A stretch of DNA of 64,000 nucleotides from Candidatus Omnitrophota bacterium. Lineage in GTDB: Bacteria > Omnitrophota > Gorgyraeia > Zapsychrales > Fredricksoniimonadaceae. Every line of letters begins with the position of its first letter. The first letter of the stretch is position 1. The stretch is taken from the NCBI GenBank assembly GCA_903901225.1, contig CAIUQE010000006.1:15369-79368 (forward strand), in the 5' to 3' direction. Of the stretch, positions 48,901 to 58,685 are shown piece by piece. The position numbers and the translations under genes are program-made. The notes below the pieces were generated by a model. It was not told the origin of the DNA. It searched no databases and saw nothing but the letters and a program-made list of their open reading frames with translations.

Positions 48901-49987
48901 TAAGCCCTTTGAGAATACCGGCGACAAAACCCTCGGGGACGGATCCGGCGATAACAGCACGCCCAATGCCCCGCGCCAGTACAAAACGGATCTTCCCGCC
49001 TTCGAACTTCTTGTCGAATTTCATGGCACCCATGACCTTGCCCAGCGTCGCGCCACGGACCTCCCGGGGAAGGCCGATCGCGGACAGCAACATTTCAACG
49101 CGCAAGGCATCCCGTGCCGGTAATAGTTGCGCGGCGACCGACATGCGGCAAGCCGCGCGCATGCCCAGGGCCACGGCTTCACCATGATGATAACGGCTGA
49201 ACCCACAGGCCGCCTCGATCGCATGGCCTGCGGTATGCCCGAAATTCAGGATCGTGCGGATGCCTTTGGTCTCCTTTTCATCTTCCTCGACCACCCGTGC
49301 CTTGATGGCCGCGCAGGCAAGGACCACGCGCGTAAGGGCAGCCCGGTCATGGCCCAGGAGCGGCCTGGTGTTCGCTTCCAGGAGATCAAAAAGTTTCGCG
49401 TCAGCGATGACACCGTACTTGACCGCCTCGGCAAGCCCGTTGCGCAACTGACGGTCTGACAGGGAAGAAAGCAAAGCGACATCGGCCCAGACAAGTTTCG
49501 GCTGGTAGAACGCGCCAACAAGGTTCTTTCCCTCCGGGAGATCCACCGCCACTTTACCGCCGATGGCGGAATCTATCTGCGCCAAAAGGGTCGTGGGCAC
49601 CTGCACAAAAGGGATACCGCGCTTGTAAACAGCGGCCACAAAACCCGCCAGGTCACCCACCACACCGCCGCCAAGGGCGACGATGAAAGGCCGCTTGTCC
49701 GCGGCGTAACGCGTGATCTGCTTGATAAGTCCCACCGCGACGGCAATGCTCTTGCTGCGCTCCGAATCCGCGACCTCAAGGACCTTGACCGTGAACCCGG
49801 CTTTCAACAGCCCCTTCGCCAGCTTCGCGCCGTAAAGCTTGCGGACCAGCGGATTGGTCACGACCACGGCATCCGTGCCGATTCCCAGCCTTTTCACCGC
49901 CGCCGGAAATTTGTCCAGGATATCATGGCCCACGACGATCGAATAAGGGTCATCTTTTAACGCCACATGAACTGTTGCCATCGTCAT
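48890..49987 (-). CDS. aroB: 3-dehydroquinate synthase
   Basis: GGGVVGD, PTTLLAQID, GKNLVGAF, LNFGHT. Confidence 0.95.
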   Translation of the reverse strand: MTMATVHVALKDDPYSIVVGHDILDKFPAAVKRLGIGTDAVVVTNPLVRKLYGAKLAKGLLKAGFTVKVLEVADSERSKSIAVAVGLIKQITRYAADKRPFIVALGGGVVGDLAGFVAAVYKRGIPFVQVPTTLLAQIDSAIGGKVAVDLPEGKNLVGAFYQPKLVWADVALLSSLSDRQLRNGLAEAVKYGVIADAKLFDLLEANTRPLLGHDRAALTRVVLACAAIKARVVEEDEKETKGIRTILNFGHTAGHAIEAACGFSRYHHGEAVALGMRAACRMSVAAQLLPARDALRVEMLLSAIGLPREVRGATLGKVMGAMKFDKKFEGGKIRFVLARGIGRAVIAGSVPEGFVAGILKGLIRA

Positions 49988-50607
49988 ACTCCCATCCAGC
50001 GCGCCGCGCTATAAATGAACCGGTCGAGAAAATTAAGCCACCCCATGTTCAACATCACAAAAACAATGATCACACCGGCAAAATTATCCAGGCGGCTGAC
50101 GAGCGCGAGCATCTGCCGCGGAAGGATGGCATAAAGGATCCCCGACCCGTCGAGCGGCGGGACGGGGATCATGTTGAACACAGCCAGGCCGAGGTTCAAC
50201 AGGACAGCCGTGGCAAATATCTCCTGCCCCCCGGGATTACGGACGAACGCCAGTGCTTTCGCGAAAACGAACGCGATCATCACGTTCATGAGCGGCCCCG
50301 CGAGGCGCACGAGCATGATGTCGCGCCGCGGATGATGCAGCTGGCGAGGGTCGAACGGGACCGGTTTCGCGAACCCAAAAATGATCGGGCTTTTCGTCCA
50401 GCCAAAAGCGTACGGAAGATACAGCATGAGCGGTACAAGGACCGTCCCGACAGGATCGATATGCTTAAGGGGATTGAGCGTCAGTCGCCCCATGCGGCGG
50501 GCCGTGGCGTCCCCCAATTTATCGGCGGACCACGCATGCGCGTATTCATGCAGGACTATGGCGGGCACAACCACACAAACAAAGATCAGGGCAATGGTTA
50601 TCATCAA
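49984..50607 (-). CDS. Site-2 protease (M50) family protein
   Basis: HEYAH, AGP, FNMIPVPPLDG. Confidence 0.9.
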   Translation of the reverse strand: MMITIALIFVCVVVPAIVLHEYAHAWSADKLGDATARRMGRLTLNPLKHIDPVGTVLVPLMLYLPYAFGWTKSPIIFGFAKPVPFDPRQLHHPRRDIMLVRLAGPLMNVMIAFVFAKALAFVRNPGGQEIFATAVLLNLGLAVFNMIPVPPLDGSGILYAILPRQMLALVSRLDNFAGVIIVFVMLNMGWLNFLDRFIYSAARWMGV

Positions 50608-51446
50608 AGGGAAAGCTTGATCCGGGTAACGGACAATGTCACGGCGTCACGCCCTGGTTCGTCTTTGGCTGTACCGCGAACAACGACCCTGGCCCCGATG
50701 AAACCATCCAGGAACGCCGGGTCACCCGCAAGGAAAACAGGATGCGCTTCGCCCTTGGGAGCGCCTGTCAATTTATACCCGTCAAAACCATCCAGTGCCG
50801 TCGTGGCCCTGGCAAGGATGCCTTGCGCCTCATACTGCCCGTCAGCAACCGCCGTCAGCCCCGCAAACTTCGCCGCGCGCTGGCGTTCAGTTCCTTCTTG
50901 GGCGGCATTGGCCCTTGCCGCCGCGTCAGACGGATCGGCAAATGAACGGGCAGGGACCTGGGAACTTTTGAATTCCAGAAGATCTTCACGGACCCACCCG
51001 CCGGCCTTCGCAAGCGGGCGTATCCACAACCAGTCATTCTTGTTCTCTTTAATGAAGAATTGATCCCCGCGCACCAGCTGCCCGACGATCGCCGCTGTGG
51101 TATTGGCCCGCGCGCGGATATTCACGCGATCAGCGGTGACCTGCGCCACATCAACGGCCAACAGTTTGACATAGTCCATCTTCACAAAAAGCGACGCGCC
51201 TTCCGGGAGCCGGACCTTGTACCAGGAATACTGCTTCCCGACGACAACAAGCTCGTCCCCCTTGTGGGCGACGCCAAGCGACTCAAAATTGTTGCTCTGC
51301 CCGGCACGAATATTGACATGATCGGCCGAGACACGGCCCGTGAAAGGGAACTGTGGCGAGGGGACAACAGGCGCGGCATGCGCCGCCAAAGGCAGGATAA
51401 AATGGGAACAGGCCAAAAAGACTGCGACCAAAAGACGTTTCGACAT
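50604..51446 (-). CDS. Secreted tandem bacterial SH3-domain protein
   Basis: Signal peptide; two VNIRA...W motifs. Confidence 0.8.
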   Translation of the reverse strand: MSKRLLVAVFLACSHFILPLAAHAAPVVPSPQFPFTGRVSADHVNIRAGQSNNFESLGVAHKGDELVVVGKQYSWYKVRLPEGASLFVKMDYVKLLAVDVAQVTADRVNIRARANTTAAIVGQLVRGDQFFIKENKNDWLWIRPLAKAGGWVREDLLEFKSSQVPARSFADPSDAAARANAAQEGTERQRAAKFAGLTAVADGQYEAQGILARATTALDGFDGYKLTGAPKGEAHPVFLAGDPAFLDGFIGARVVVRGTAKDEPGRDAVTLSVTRIKLSL

Positions 51447-51484
51447 AATTTACCGGACCCTGACCCGCAAGACGCCGCGTTCGC

Positions 51485-51766
51485 CTATTTCTTGGCGCCG
51501 GCTGCCGGCTTGGCCGCCGGTTTGGCAGCCGCAGAAGCCGCTGCGGGAGCTGCGGCGCCAACTTTAGCGGCGGCACCAGCTGCTTCTTTGGCTTTCTTCT
51601 TGCCGGCCTTGACGCGGATCTGCTGGGTCTTCGGAAGGTTGGTGACGGTACTGGCGTCAGTCCACTGGCCTTTTTTCATAAGCTCATTGATGCGCTCGAT
51701 ACGCGTGAGGACCGTCCTCTGCGCCGCGCCAGCCTTGTCGATACGAAGCGATGAATGAAGTGACAT
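51485..51766 (-). CDS. PVC-type small basic protein with Ala/Lys tail
   Basis: MSLHSSL...RTVLTRIERI...G.W...LPK. Confidence 0.8.
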   Translation of the reverse strand: MSLHSSLRIDKAGAAQRTVLTRIERINELMKKGQWTDASTVTNLPKTQQIRVKAGKKKAKEAAGAAAKVGAAAPAAASAAAKPAAKPAAGAKK

Positions 51767-51767
51767 A

Positions 51768-52394
51768 TCACAATCTCCTGACTAAAGAATCACGATAAAG
51801 ACTTTTTAACTGCCTTCTGGTATCCGAAGAATCTTCTTTCCTTTGAAAATTCCCGACACACACAATGGTATAACTCCCCTTGGGAAGAACATACACATCC
51901 TTGAACCCTTTTTGCTTGAGCAGGTCCGCCGCGCGCTGGGCTGGCCCCTCAAACTTGTAAGACGCGACCTGCACGGTATAAGCGCCGCTTCCCGCCACCG
52001 CTGTCCCGGCCGCCGGAACAATCCCCTCATCAGCCGCGGGCTTTCCCTTGACCATGGTCTGGGACGAAAGCGCGGGGGCTTTCAATTTCTGGTTATCCGC
52101 CGGCGAAGCTTTCACGTCGTCTTTAACAGCGCCCCTGTCGTTCTTCACGACCGAAACATTCACGCTGGCCGTCTCGGACTGATCCGGCACGCTCAAAGCG
52201 ATCTTCTTCCCGCGCTCGATCCCCATCGCGAAAGAAAAGATGACCATCATTATAGCCACGATCGATAAAATTACAAGATTTTCCAAAGAAAGGCTGATCT
52301 GCGCCGCCATGTAACGGGGCTGAAGATTCTCACCTTCTTTTCCCGAAGCCTGCGAGAGAAAATCGATCTGTCTTTCTTTATAATTAATATTCAT
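51768..52394 (-). CDS. SPOR domain membrane protein
   Basis: TM helix; C-terminal YTVQVASY...VGNF. Confidence 0.8.
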   Translation of the reverse strand: MNINYKERQIDFLSQASGKEGENLQPRYMAAQISLSLENLVILSIVAIMMVIFSFAMGIERGKKIALSVPDQSETASVNVSVVKNDRGAVKDDVKASPADNQKLKAPALSSQTMVKGKPAADEGIVPAAGTAVAGSGAYTVQVASYKFEGPAQRAADLLKQKGFKDVYVLPKGSYTIVCVGNFQRKEDSSDTRRQLKSLYRDSLVRRL

Positions 52395-52442
52395 TTTTTT
52401 GGACCCTGAGCGGTATTTTTAAAGTGTACTATGATTATAGTT

Positions 52443-53513
52443 TTATTTACGAACAGTGCTCAAGAAGTTTCTGAATTTTTTTTCTTTCGACAACACGAGG
52501 AACACATCCACGACATGCGGATCGAACTGGGTGCCGCTGTGGCGCCCGACCTCCCTGAGAGCCGCGTCCACTGTCAGGCGTTTGCGGTAAGGCCTCCCCT
52601 GCACCATGCTCTCGAACGCGTCGACGACCGACATGATGCGCGCGCCGAGCGGGATCTGGTCCTTCTTGAGTCCCGACGGATATCCGGTACCGTCGTATTT
52701 CTCATGCAGATAAAGCACAACGGGAAGAACAGGCTTCAAGAACTCAAAAGGCTTGATCAGGTCCGCGCTCTTGCGGGGAAGATTGCGGATCACCTTGAAC
52801 TCCTGCGCCGACAATTGCTTCTTTTTCGCCAGGATCTGGTACGGGATATCGATCGCGCCGACGTTATGCAGGACGCTGGCGTAGTAAAGATTGTTCGCGC
52901 TCTCCGCGTCCATCCGCAGCCTCTGGGAAACAGCCTTAACGATCTTGAAATACACGGGGCTGTGCAAGCGGTAATGAGGATTCTGTTTCTCAAGGAGCGT
53001 CCGGACAAGCTTCATCGCGTCGAGGAGTATCTTCTGCTGCTGCTCGGAGAACTGCAGGTTCTTGATCGCCGTCACGGACTGCTCGGCGAAGATCGTGAAC
53101 ATTTCACGGTCATAGTCGTCGAACGCCGGCTCATTATCCCTGCGCTTGATGATGATCGCCCCGATGCATTCGTCGGTGACAAGGGGCATCCCCATCATCC
53201 GCTCGTCGAAGATCGACGCCCCCTCGGTGACGCTTTTTTCCCTGGCACTGATGCGCCTGAGCTCCTGCGGCTTGGTGACGATGTAATTGATCTCGTTGTT
53301 AAATACCGCGATCATGGCGAGCTTCTGGCTATCGGGAGCAAGAAGATAAATATTGGCAGAGGTCGCCTTGACAAACTGGCACAGAAGCCGGGTCAGCCTC
53401 AGCGAGAGTTCTTTCAGGTTCGGTGTTGAATTCACCAGGCGATACACGATGTGCACCGCCGAAATGATCTGTTTATACTTTTTTGTAAGGCTCGAAGAAT
53501 CGTTTATATTCAT
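52443..53513 (-). CDS. GAF plus degenerate HD-GYP protein
   Basis: HEKYDGTGYPSGL, ARIMSVVDAF; HD replaced by HN. Confidence 0.85.
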   Translation of the reverse strand: MNINDSSSLTKKYKQIISAVHIVYRLVNSTPNLKELSLRLTRLLCQFVKATSANIYLLAPDSQKLAMIAVFNNEINYIVTKPQELRRISAREKSVTEGASIFDERMMGMPLVTDECIGAIIIKRRDNEPAFDDYDREMFTIFAEQSVTAIKNLQFSEQQQKILLDAMKLVRTLLEKQNPHYRLHSPVYFKIVKAVSQRLRMDAESANNLYYASVLHNVGAIDIPYQILAKKKQLSAQEFKVIRNLPRKSADLIKPFEFLKPVLPVVLYLHEKYDGTGYPSGLKKDQIPLGARIMSVVDAFESMVQGRPYRKRLTVDAALREVGRHSGTQFDPHVVDVFLVLSKEKKFRNFLSTVRK

Positions 53514-54669
53514 CCAACGCCGCCCTGTCGGTCATTGCCGCGATATAATTGCACACAACCATATGTTTTTCCTTCTCGGAATAATGGCGCGATCTATCGT
53601 ATATATCATACGGCAACTGTTTGGGATTGTCCAGATAGACATCAAAAAGCTCATTGAGAATGCGGCGCGCCTTGGAAGTCATGCGCTCCACGCGCCAGTG
53701 ATGGTAAACTTTCTCAAACAAAATGTTCTGCAATTGGGCGCGTTCACGGACCATCTTGTCGGAAAAATTAATACTGCCCTTGCCATGTTTCTTCGCAAGG
53801 TCTTCCAGCGGCTTGCCGGCATACCCGTCCAGGCGCGCTGACGTGGCCGAAAGCAGGTCCTGGACCTGCATGTCGATGAGCGCGCGCACCACCTGGTACT
53901 TGAACACCGGGTCGGTCGGCGCAAGGCCCGGACGCTTGATCGCGTCCACAGCCTGCCGCCAAAGGCCGCTTTCCCGCAGGTCCTCGGCCGTGATACAGCC
54001 GGAGGTCAAGCCGTCGTCAATGTCATGATTGAGATAAGCCAGGGAATCGGCCTTATCCACCACCTGGGCTTCGAGCGAGCAGGCCCTGACCTTGAGCTTG
54101 CGCGCGAATTCCTTCCCACCCGCCACGTTCGCCCCCGCGACCTTGTCATAGAGCGTCTCGTGCTTAAGGATGCCGACGAGCACCTCGACCGTGAGGTTGA
54201 GGCCGTCAAAGTCCGGATAACGTTTCTCAAAACGGGTTACGATGTCAAAGCTCCGGCGGTTGTGGTTGAATCCGTCGAGCCCGGCCTTCTTCAGGCGCTG
54301 GTCAAGGGCATCTTCGCCCGCGTGGCCGAAAGGCGGATGCCCCAGGTCATGCGCCAGCGCGACGGCTTCGATAATATCCTCGTTCAAACAAAGGTTGCGG
54401 CCGATGCTGCGCGCCAGCTGGGCCACTTCAAGGGTATGCGTGAGGCGGGTGCGGTAATAATCATTCTCAAAAACAACAAAAACCTGGGTCTTGTACTCAA
54501 GTTTGCGGAACGCTTCGCTGTGAACAACGCGGTCACGGTCACGCTGGAAACACGTGCGGCTCGCGTGTTCGGCCTCGTTGAACTGCCTCCCCCACGACGC
54601 GCTCGCGTGCGTCGCGTATGAGGCCAGCAACTTATTTTCGTTCTTTTCTATCTCGGCCCTTGTTCTCAT
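53473..54669 (-). CDS. dgt: Deoxyguanosinetriphosphate triphosphohydrolase
   Basis: FQRDRDR, RTRLTHTLEV, AHDLGHPPFGHAGE, IAAMTD. Confidence 0.93.
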   Translation of the reverse strand: MRTRAEIEKNENKLLASYATHASASWGRQFNEAEHASRTCFQRDRDRVVHSEAFRKLEYKTQVFVVFENDYYRTRLTHTLEVAQLARSIGRNLCLNEDIIEAVALAHDLGHPPFGHAGEDALDQRLKKAGLDGFNHNRRSFDIVTRFEKRYPDFDGLNLTVEVLVGILKHETLYDKVAGANVAGGKEFARKLKVRACSLEAQVVDKADSLAYLNHDIDDGLTSGCITAEDLRESGLWRQAVDAIKRPGLAPTDPVFKYQVVRALIDMQVQDLLSATSARLDGYAGKPLEDLAKKHGKGSINFSDKMVRERAQLQNILFEKVYHHWRVERMTSKARRILNELFDVYLDNPKQLPYDIYDRSRHYSEKEKHMVVCNYIAAMTDRAALDEYKRFFEPYKKV

Positions 54670-55141
54670 TGACGATCCGTTCATAAGTATCTTCGAGCGA
54701 GACCGGGATCACTTTTGTCCCGAACAATGCCGGAAGGAAATTGACGTCCCCCGACCAGCGCGGGACAACGTGGATATGCAGATGTTCAGGGATACCGGCG
54801 CCGGCCAGATGGCCGATGTTCATCCCCACGTTGAACGCCTGGGGTTTAAATGCCCTGCGGCACATGGCCTTGACCTTGATAAGGGCGTCCATCAGGTCCG
54901 TCCGCTCCTCTGCGCTCAACTTTTCAAGGCTGTCCACGTGGCGCTGCGGAAGCACCAGGGCATGCCCGCCGTTGAATGGATAAATGTTCAAAACGCCGAA
55001 TGAATGTTCTGTGCGCAGAAAAATGTAGCGCTCCCTGTCTTTCTTCTCCTTCAGGATTCGGCAGAACACGCAGCCTTTTTTCTTTGGCCGGCTCATCTTC
55101 TCGACATATGGTTTGCGCCACGGCGCCCAAAGGACATCCAT
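54632..55141 (-). CDS. HIT family hydrolase
   Basis: LWAPWR, CVFC, HLHIHVVPR. Confidence 0.92.
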   Translation of the reverse strand: MDVLWAPWRKPYVEKMSRPKKKGCVFCRILKEKKDRERYIFLRTEHSFGVLNIYPFNGGHALVLPQRHVDSLEKLSAEERTDLMDALIKVKAMCRRAFKPQAFNVGMNIGHLAGAGIPEHLHIHVVPRWSGDVNFLPALFGTKVIPVSLEDTYERIVNENKGRDRKERK

Positions 55142-55620
55142 TACCCGAGCCTCACGATCTTCGCTTTTACCTTGCCGTCCTTCAGTTCCAGGACCCCGTA
55201 GGAAAGATACGGCGCGCGGATCTTGTCCGTCGGGCTTCCCGGATTGAAAAAAATGATCCCGCCCAGCGTTTCATTGTACGGCTCATGGGAATGGCCGAAA
55301 ACAACGATCTTCACGCCCTGATCCTTGAACTGCCGGGCCAACCGGTCCACCATGCCCACCGGGCTGCCTTCGCCGTGGACAAGGCCGATGCGGACCCCTT
55401 CACATTCGAAAACGGTCTGCTTCGGAAGACACTCGCGCAGCGCCATCCCGTCCATATTGCCATAAACAGCGCGGACATCCTTCATGGCCTCAAGCTGGCG
55501 GTAAAACCCGATATCCGCGAAATCACCGGCATGCACGACCATATCCGCGCCGGCGATCTCCCTGACAAGGGCCGCGGGCAGCGGGCTGGAATGCGTGTCA
55601 GAAAGAACAATGATCTTCAT
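55141..55620 (-). CDS. YfcE-type metallophosphoesterase
   Basis: SDTH, HAGD, GNMD, GHSH, NPGS. Confidence 0.92.
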   Translation of the reverse strand: MKIIVLSDTHSSPLPAALVREIAGADMVVHAGDFADIGFYRQLEAMKDVRAVYGNMDGMALRECLPKQTVFECEGVRIGLVHGEGSPVGMVDRLARQFKDQGVKIVVFGHSHEPYNETLGGIIFFNPGSPTDKIRAPYLSYGVLELKDGKVKAKIVRLG

Positions 55621-57236
55621 GAAACGATGTAGGGCTTATCGTAGAGGCTCATCAGGGAATTAAGCTCCGGCTCATTCCATATCCACATGCGCTCCTGGAG
55701 CGCCCTGAGCTTCGCGCCGTCATCCAGCGCGGCAAGCGACACGATGACGCAACGGCGCGGGCGGACGCCCAGCTTGCGCGCTTCATCGGCGATGGCATTA
55801 ATGTCCCCCTCGGCAAGAGGATCTTTCCGAAGGACAAGAAGCCACGGCCCTTCCTCGGTCTGAGCCTGCAGGACGTCAAAATAATTCCCGCAGCGGTTGC
55901 TGATCTTGAGCGGCTTGACATCCGTGAAGACCGGAAGCCTGTAAAGATGGCCGTGCAGGCTGAGGATCTCGTTCTCAAAACAGCGGACAAGCTCCGTAAC
56001 CCGGGTCGAAAGGTCTTTGCGGGCTGTCAGATGAAAATCGTTCAGCGCGCGGGTAACTTCATCCTTGAACTCCCTGGTCTGGCGCCCGGGCTCCATATCC
56101 ACCGCCCGGACACGGCGCTGGAACACATACTTCACCCAGTAACGGAAAAGCTTGTCCTTGATGTGGAAATAAGTGCCGTTCTTTTCAACGACATCCTGTT
56201 CGATCAGGTAAGCAAGCTTCAGCGTGACAGCTCCCTGCTTGGCGGCCAAGACGTCCATGATGTCCTTTGTTTTATGCGTGCCATTCGCCAGGGCGAAAAG
56301 GATATCCATGACAAGGCGGTTCGCGCGGCCGGAACAAAGGCGGTCGACGACAAGTTCAAAATGGCGGCTCAACGCGCCCCAACGGCTGAAAACAAGATTC
56401 TCGACAGCCTGGACGACCAGCGGCGCGTACACTTCCTGCTGCTTGTAGATCGCGCTCAGGTTAATAAGCTCGTGCAGGAGGATATCCAGGTAGAGCGGCC
56501 GCCCGCCGGTAAAGTCAGCGAGGAAGTTGCGCAGGGACAGCCCCATGCGAACATCAGCCATCCGCTGTTCAATGAAATGCTGGCTGGCCTTGAGATCGAA
56601 CGGCTGGATATCCACGACCTCGAAATTCCCGAACAACAGCGTCAGCTTCTCGGAAAGGATCTTCCTGGCAAGCCCTTCGTAAGAGCTGGTGATGATAAAA
56701 AGGCATTTCTTCTGGGTCGTAATGCTGTCAGCCAGGAGCTTGAAAGGCTCGGGGACGCCGAGATCCTCAAGCCTGTGAAATTCATCGAGAATAAAAACGC
56801 ACGCCACCCCCGACTCCCGGATCAGCGTGTCCGGCAAGCGAAGGACCGCCTGGTACGCGTCGGCGAAACGCCCCTTCTCGACAAGGGCCAAAGCCTCGAC
56901 CGCCGCCGCCGCCGTGCACGGGATAAAAGGGTGCACCGTCCTGGCCAGTAAGGGGAGAGACTCCTGCAACGGAAGCCCTTTGATCCTCGCGTACTGATAA
57001 AGGATGCTGCGCGTTGCCCTGGAAACAAAATAATGGATATCCCGGCCTTCAAGGTCGAGGTACAAAGGCACAACCCCGTTGTCGTCGAAGTCATTGAGGA
57101 ATTTAAGGAGGATGGCGCTCTTGCCGATATAAGAACTGCCGATGAAGGCGAGGTTCTGGCGGCAACCCTCTTTAAGGTCGCCGACACGCTTGCGGATCAA
57201 ATCCAGGGTCTCTTTTCTACCGCAAAAATGGGTCAT
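55617..57236 (-). CDS. Archaeal-ATPase-like (ATPase_2) P-loop protein with winged helix and C-terminal domain
   Basis: FCGRKETL, GSSYIGKS, ILDEFH, TGGRPLYL, DKLFRYW. Confidence 0.7.
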   Translation of the reverse strand: MTHFCGRKETLDLIRKRVGDLKEGCRQNLAFIGSSYIGKSAILLKFLNDFDDNGVVPLYLDLEGRDIHYFVSRATRSILYQYARIKGLPLQESLPLLARTVHPFIPCTAAAAVEALALVEKGRFADAYQAVLRLPDTLIRESGVACVFILDEFHRLEDLGVPEPFKLLADSITTQKKCLFIITSSYEGLARKILSEKLTLLFGNFEVVDIQPFDLKASQHFIEQRMADVRMGLSLRNFLADFTGGRPLYLDILLHELINLSAIYKQQEVYAPLVVQAVENLVFSRWGALSRHFELVVDRLCSGRANRLVMDILFALANGTHKTKDIMDVLAAKQGAVTLKLAYLIEQDVVEKNGTYFHIKDKLFRYWVKYVFQRRVRAVDMEPGRQTREFKDEVTRALNDFHLTARKDLSTRVTELVRCFENEILSLHGHLYRLPVFTDVKPLKISNRCGNYFDVLQAQTEEGPWLLVLRKDPLAEGDINAIADEARKLGVRPRRCVIVSLAALDDGAKLRALQERMWIWNEPELNSLMSLYDKPYIVS

Positions 57237-57256
57237 GTCAAACGTCTTGCCTTGAT

Positions 57257-57949
57257 TTAGGGAAGATAAAGCAACGGATTCGTTGCCTTGCCGCCCCTGC
57301 GCACTTCAAAATGCAAATATGCCAGATCACCGACCTGCGCGATCTTCCCGCCGCGGGACACGCGGTCACCAAGCCCGACCATCAGGCGGGTGTTATGCGC
57401 GTAAACAGTAAAAAATCCGTCGCCGTGATCGAGGATGACCGTCTCGCCATACCCGGCCAGATGGTCAGCCAGGACCACATTGCCTTCGCGCGCGGCCTTG
57501 ACGTCATCCCCGTCGCCCACCCTGATATCAATGCCCTCGTTCGCCGTCAGGCCATGGCGCTCCTGAAAATACGACACCACCTTGCCCGTGACGGGCCAGG
57601 CGTAATCCGACGCGTTCTCCGTCAATGAGGGGACGACGACAGTCCGGACACTGTCCGCGCCTGGAATAAAAATAAGCTGATTTTCTTCGATGGATGCCGC
57701 ACTGGGGATGCCATTGGCTTGAATGATGCTCTCAACAGGGACCTTATACGTTTTGGCGATACGCCAGAGCGTTTCACCTTTATTGACCTTGTGCTGAACG
57801 CCTTTTTTCACGACAGGCTTTGCCGACGCGCCCGCGGACGGGGTTCCCGGTGCCACGGCCGGCGCGCGCACCGTCGCGCAACCCGCCAGGAAGAACAAAA
57901 CCCCCATGGCGGCACATCCCCGAAAAAGGATCCTAGTCAATAAGACCAT
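57257..57949 (-). CDS. NlpD-like LysM plus M23 lipoprotein
   Basis: Lipobox LAGC, HKVNKGETLWRIA, GIDI, YAH, LHFEVR. Confidence 0.88.
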   Translation of the reverse strand: MVLLTRILFRGCAAMGVLFFLAGCATVRAPAVAPGTPSAGASAKPVVKKGVQHKVNKGETLWRIAKTYKVPVESIIQANGIPSAASIEENQLIFIPGADSVRTVVVPSLTENASDYAWPVTGKVVSYFQERHGLTANEGIDIRVGDGDDVKAAREGNVVLADHLAGYGETVILDHGDGFFTVYAHNTRLMVGLGDRVSRGGKIAQVGDLAYLHFEVRRGGKATNPLLYLP

Positions 57950-57960
57950 GTGAAGAATCT

Positions 57961-58034
57961 TGGAGCGAGAGACGGGGATCGAACCCGCGTAGCCAGCTTG
58001 GGAAGCTGGAATTCTACCACTGAATTACTCTCGC
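57961..58034 (-). tRNA. tRNA-Gly(CCC)
   Basis: GCGAGAG acceptor, CCAGC-TTCCCAA-GCTGG anticodon arm, GGTTCGATCC T arm, encoded CCA. Confidence 0.95.
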
Positions 58035-58046
58035 GTAAGTAACCTG

Positions 58047-58685
58047 TTATCCCGATGTCAGGGCTCTTTTGAGTTCCTTCACCACGCGCGCAGGATCTCG
58101 CGCAAGAAGGATCTCCCGGCAAACCGCCACCCGCGTGACGCCATGCGCGCGCACAAGGTGGATATTGCTGCGCGTGATCCCGCCGATAAAAAAAACGGGG
58201 ATCTTCGCGCGACGGACCGCTGAGGCCAATAGCTTCATATCCATCGCCGGACGGCCGGGTTTGGTCAATGTCCTGAAGACCGAACCGAAGCCCGCGTAAT
58301 CAGCCCCCTCACGCCGGGCCCGGGCAAGATGCTCCAGGGTCTGGCAGGACTGGCCGACGATCGCCTCCCGCCCCGCGATAGCGCGCGCGCAAGCGACCGG
58401 AAGGTCATCCTGCCCCACGTGCACACCCGACGCCCCCGCGGCCGCGGCAATATCGGCGCGGTCGTTAACGATGAATGGTATACGGCCTTTCAAACAGCAC
58501 TGGGCGCGCCTGATGAACGCGAGCGCCTTCAAAACTGTTCCCAATTTATCACGAAGTTGAACAATGTCAACCCCGTTGTTGACCCCGGCCTGGAGCACTT
58601 CCCACAACCGCGCGTGATCACAGACCTGGGCGTCAAGGATCAGATAAAGGCTAGATCTTTCCCAGAGTTTCTTTTTCAATATCAT
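58047..58685 (-). CDS. thiE: Thiamine-phosphate synthase
   Basis: VQLRDK, IVNDR, GVHVGQDD, TKP, IGGI; start approximate. Confidence 0.92.
   Translation of the reverse strand: MILKKKLWERSSLYLILDAQVCDHARLWEVLQAGVNNGVDIVQLRDKLGTVLKALAFIRRAQCCLKGRIPFIVNDRADIAAAAGASGVHVGQDDLPVACARAIAGREAIVGQSCQTLEHLARARREGADYAGFGSVFRTLTKPGRPAMDMKLLASAVRRAKIPVFFIGGITRSNIHLVRAHGVTRVAVCREILLARDPARVVKELKRALTSG

Noticed and set aside
53473-54669. dGTPase as an anti-phage system
   Set aside because: Looks like the ordinary short housekeeping type within a core operon; no defence-island context.
57961-58034. tRNA-Gly as a prophage or island attachment site
   Set aside because: Flanked tightly by housekeeping genes; no integrase or duplicated 3' end noticed.
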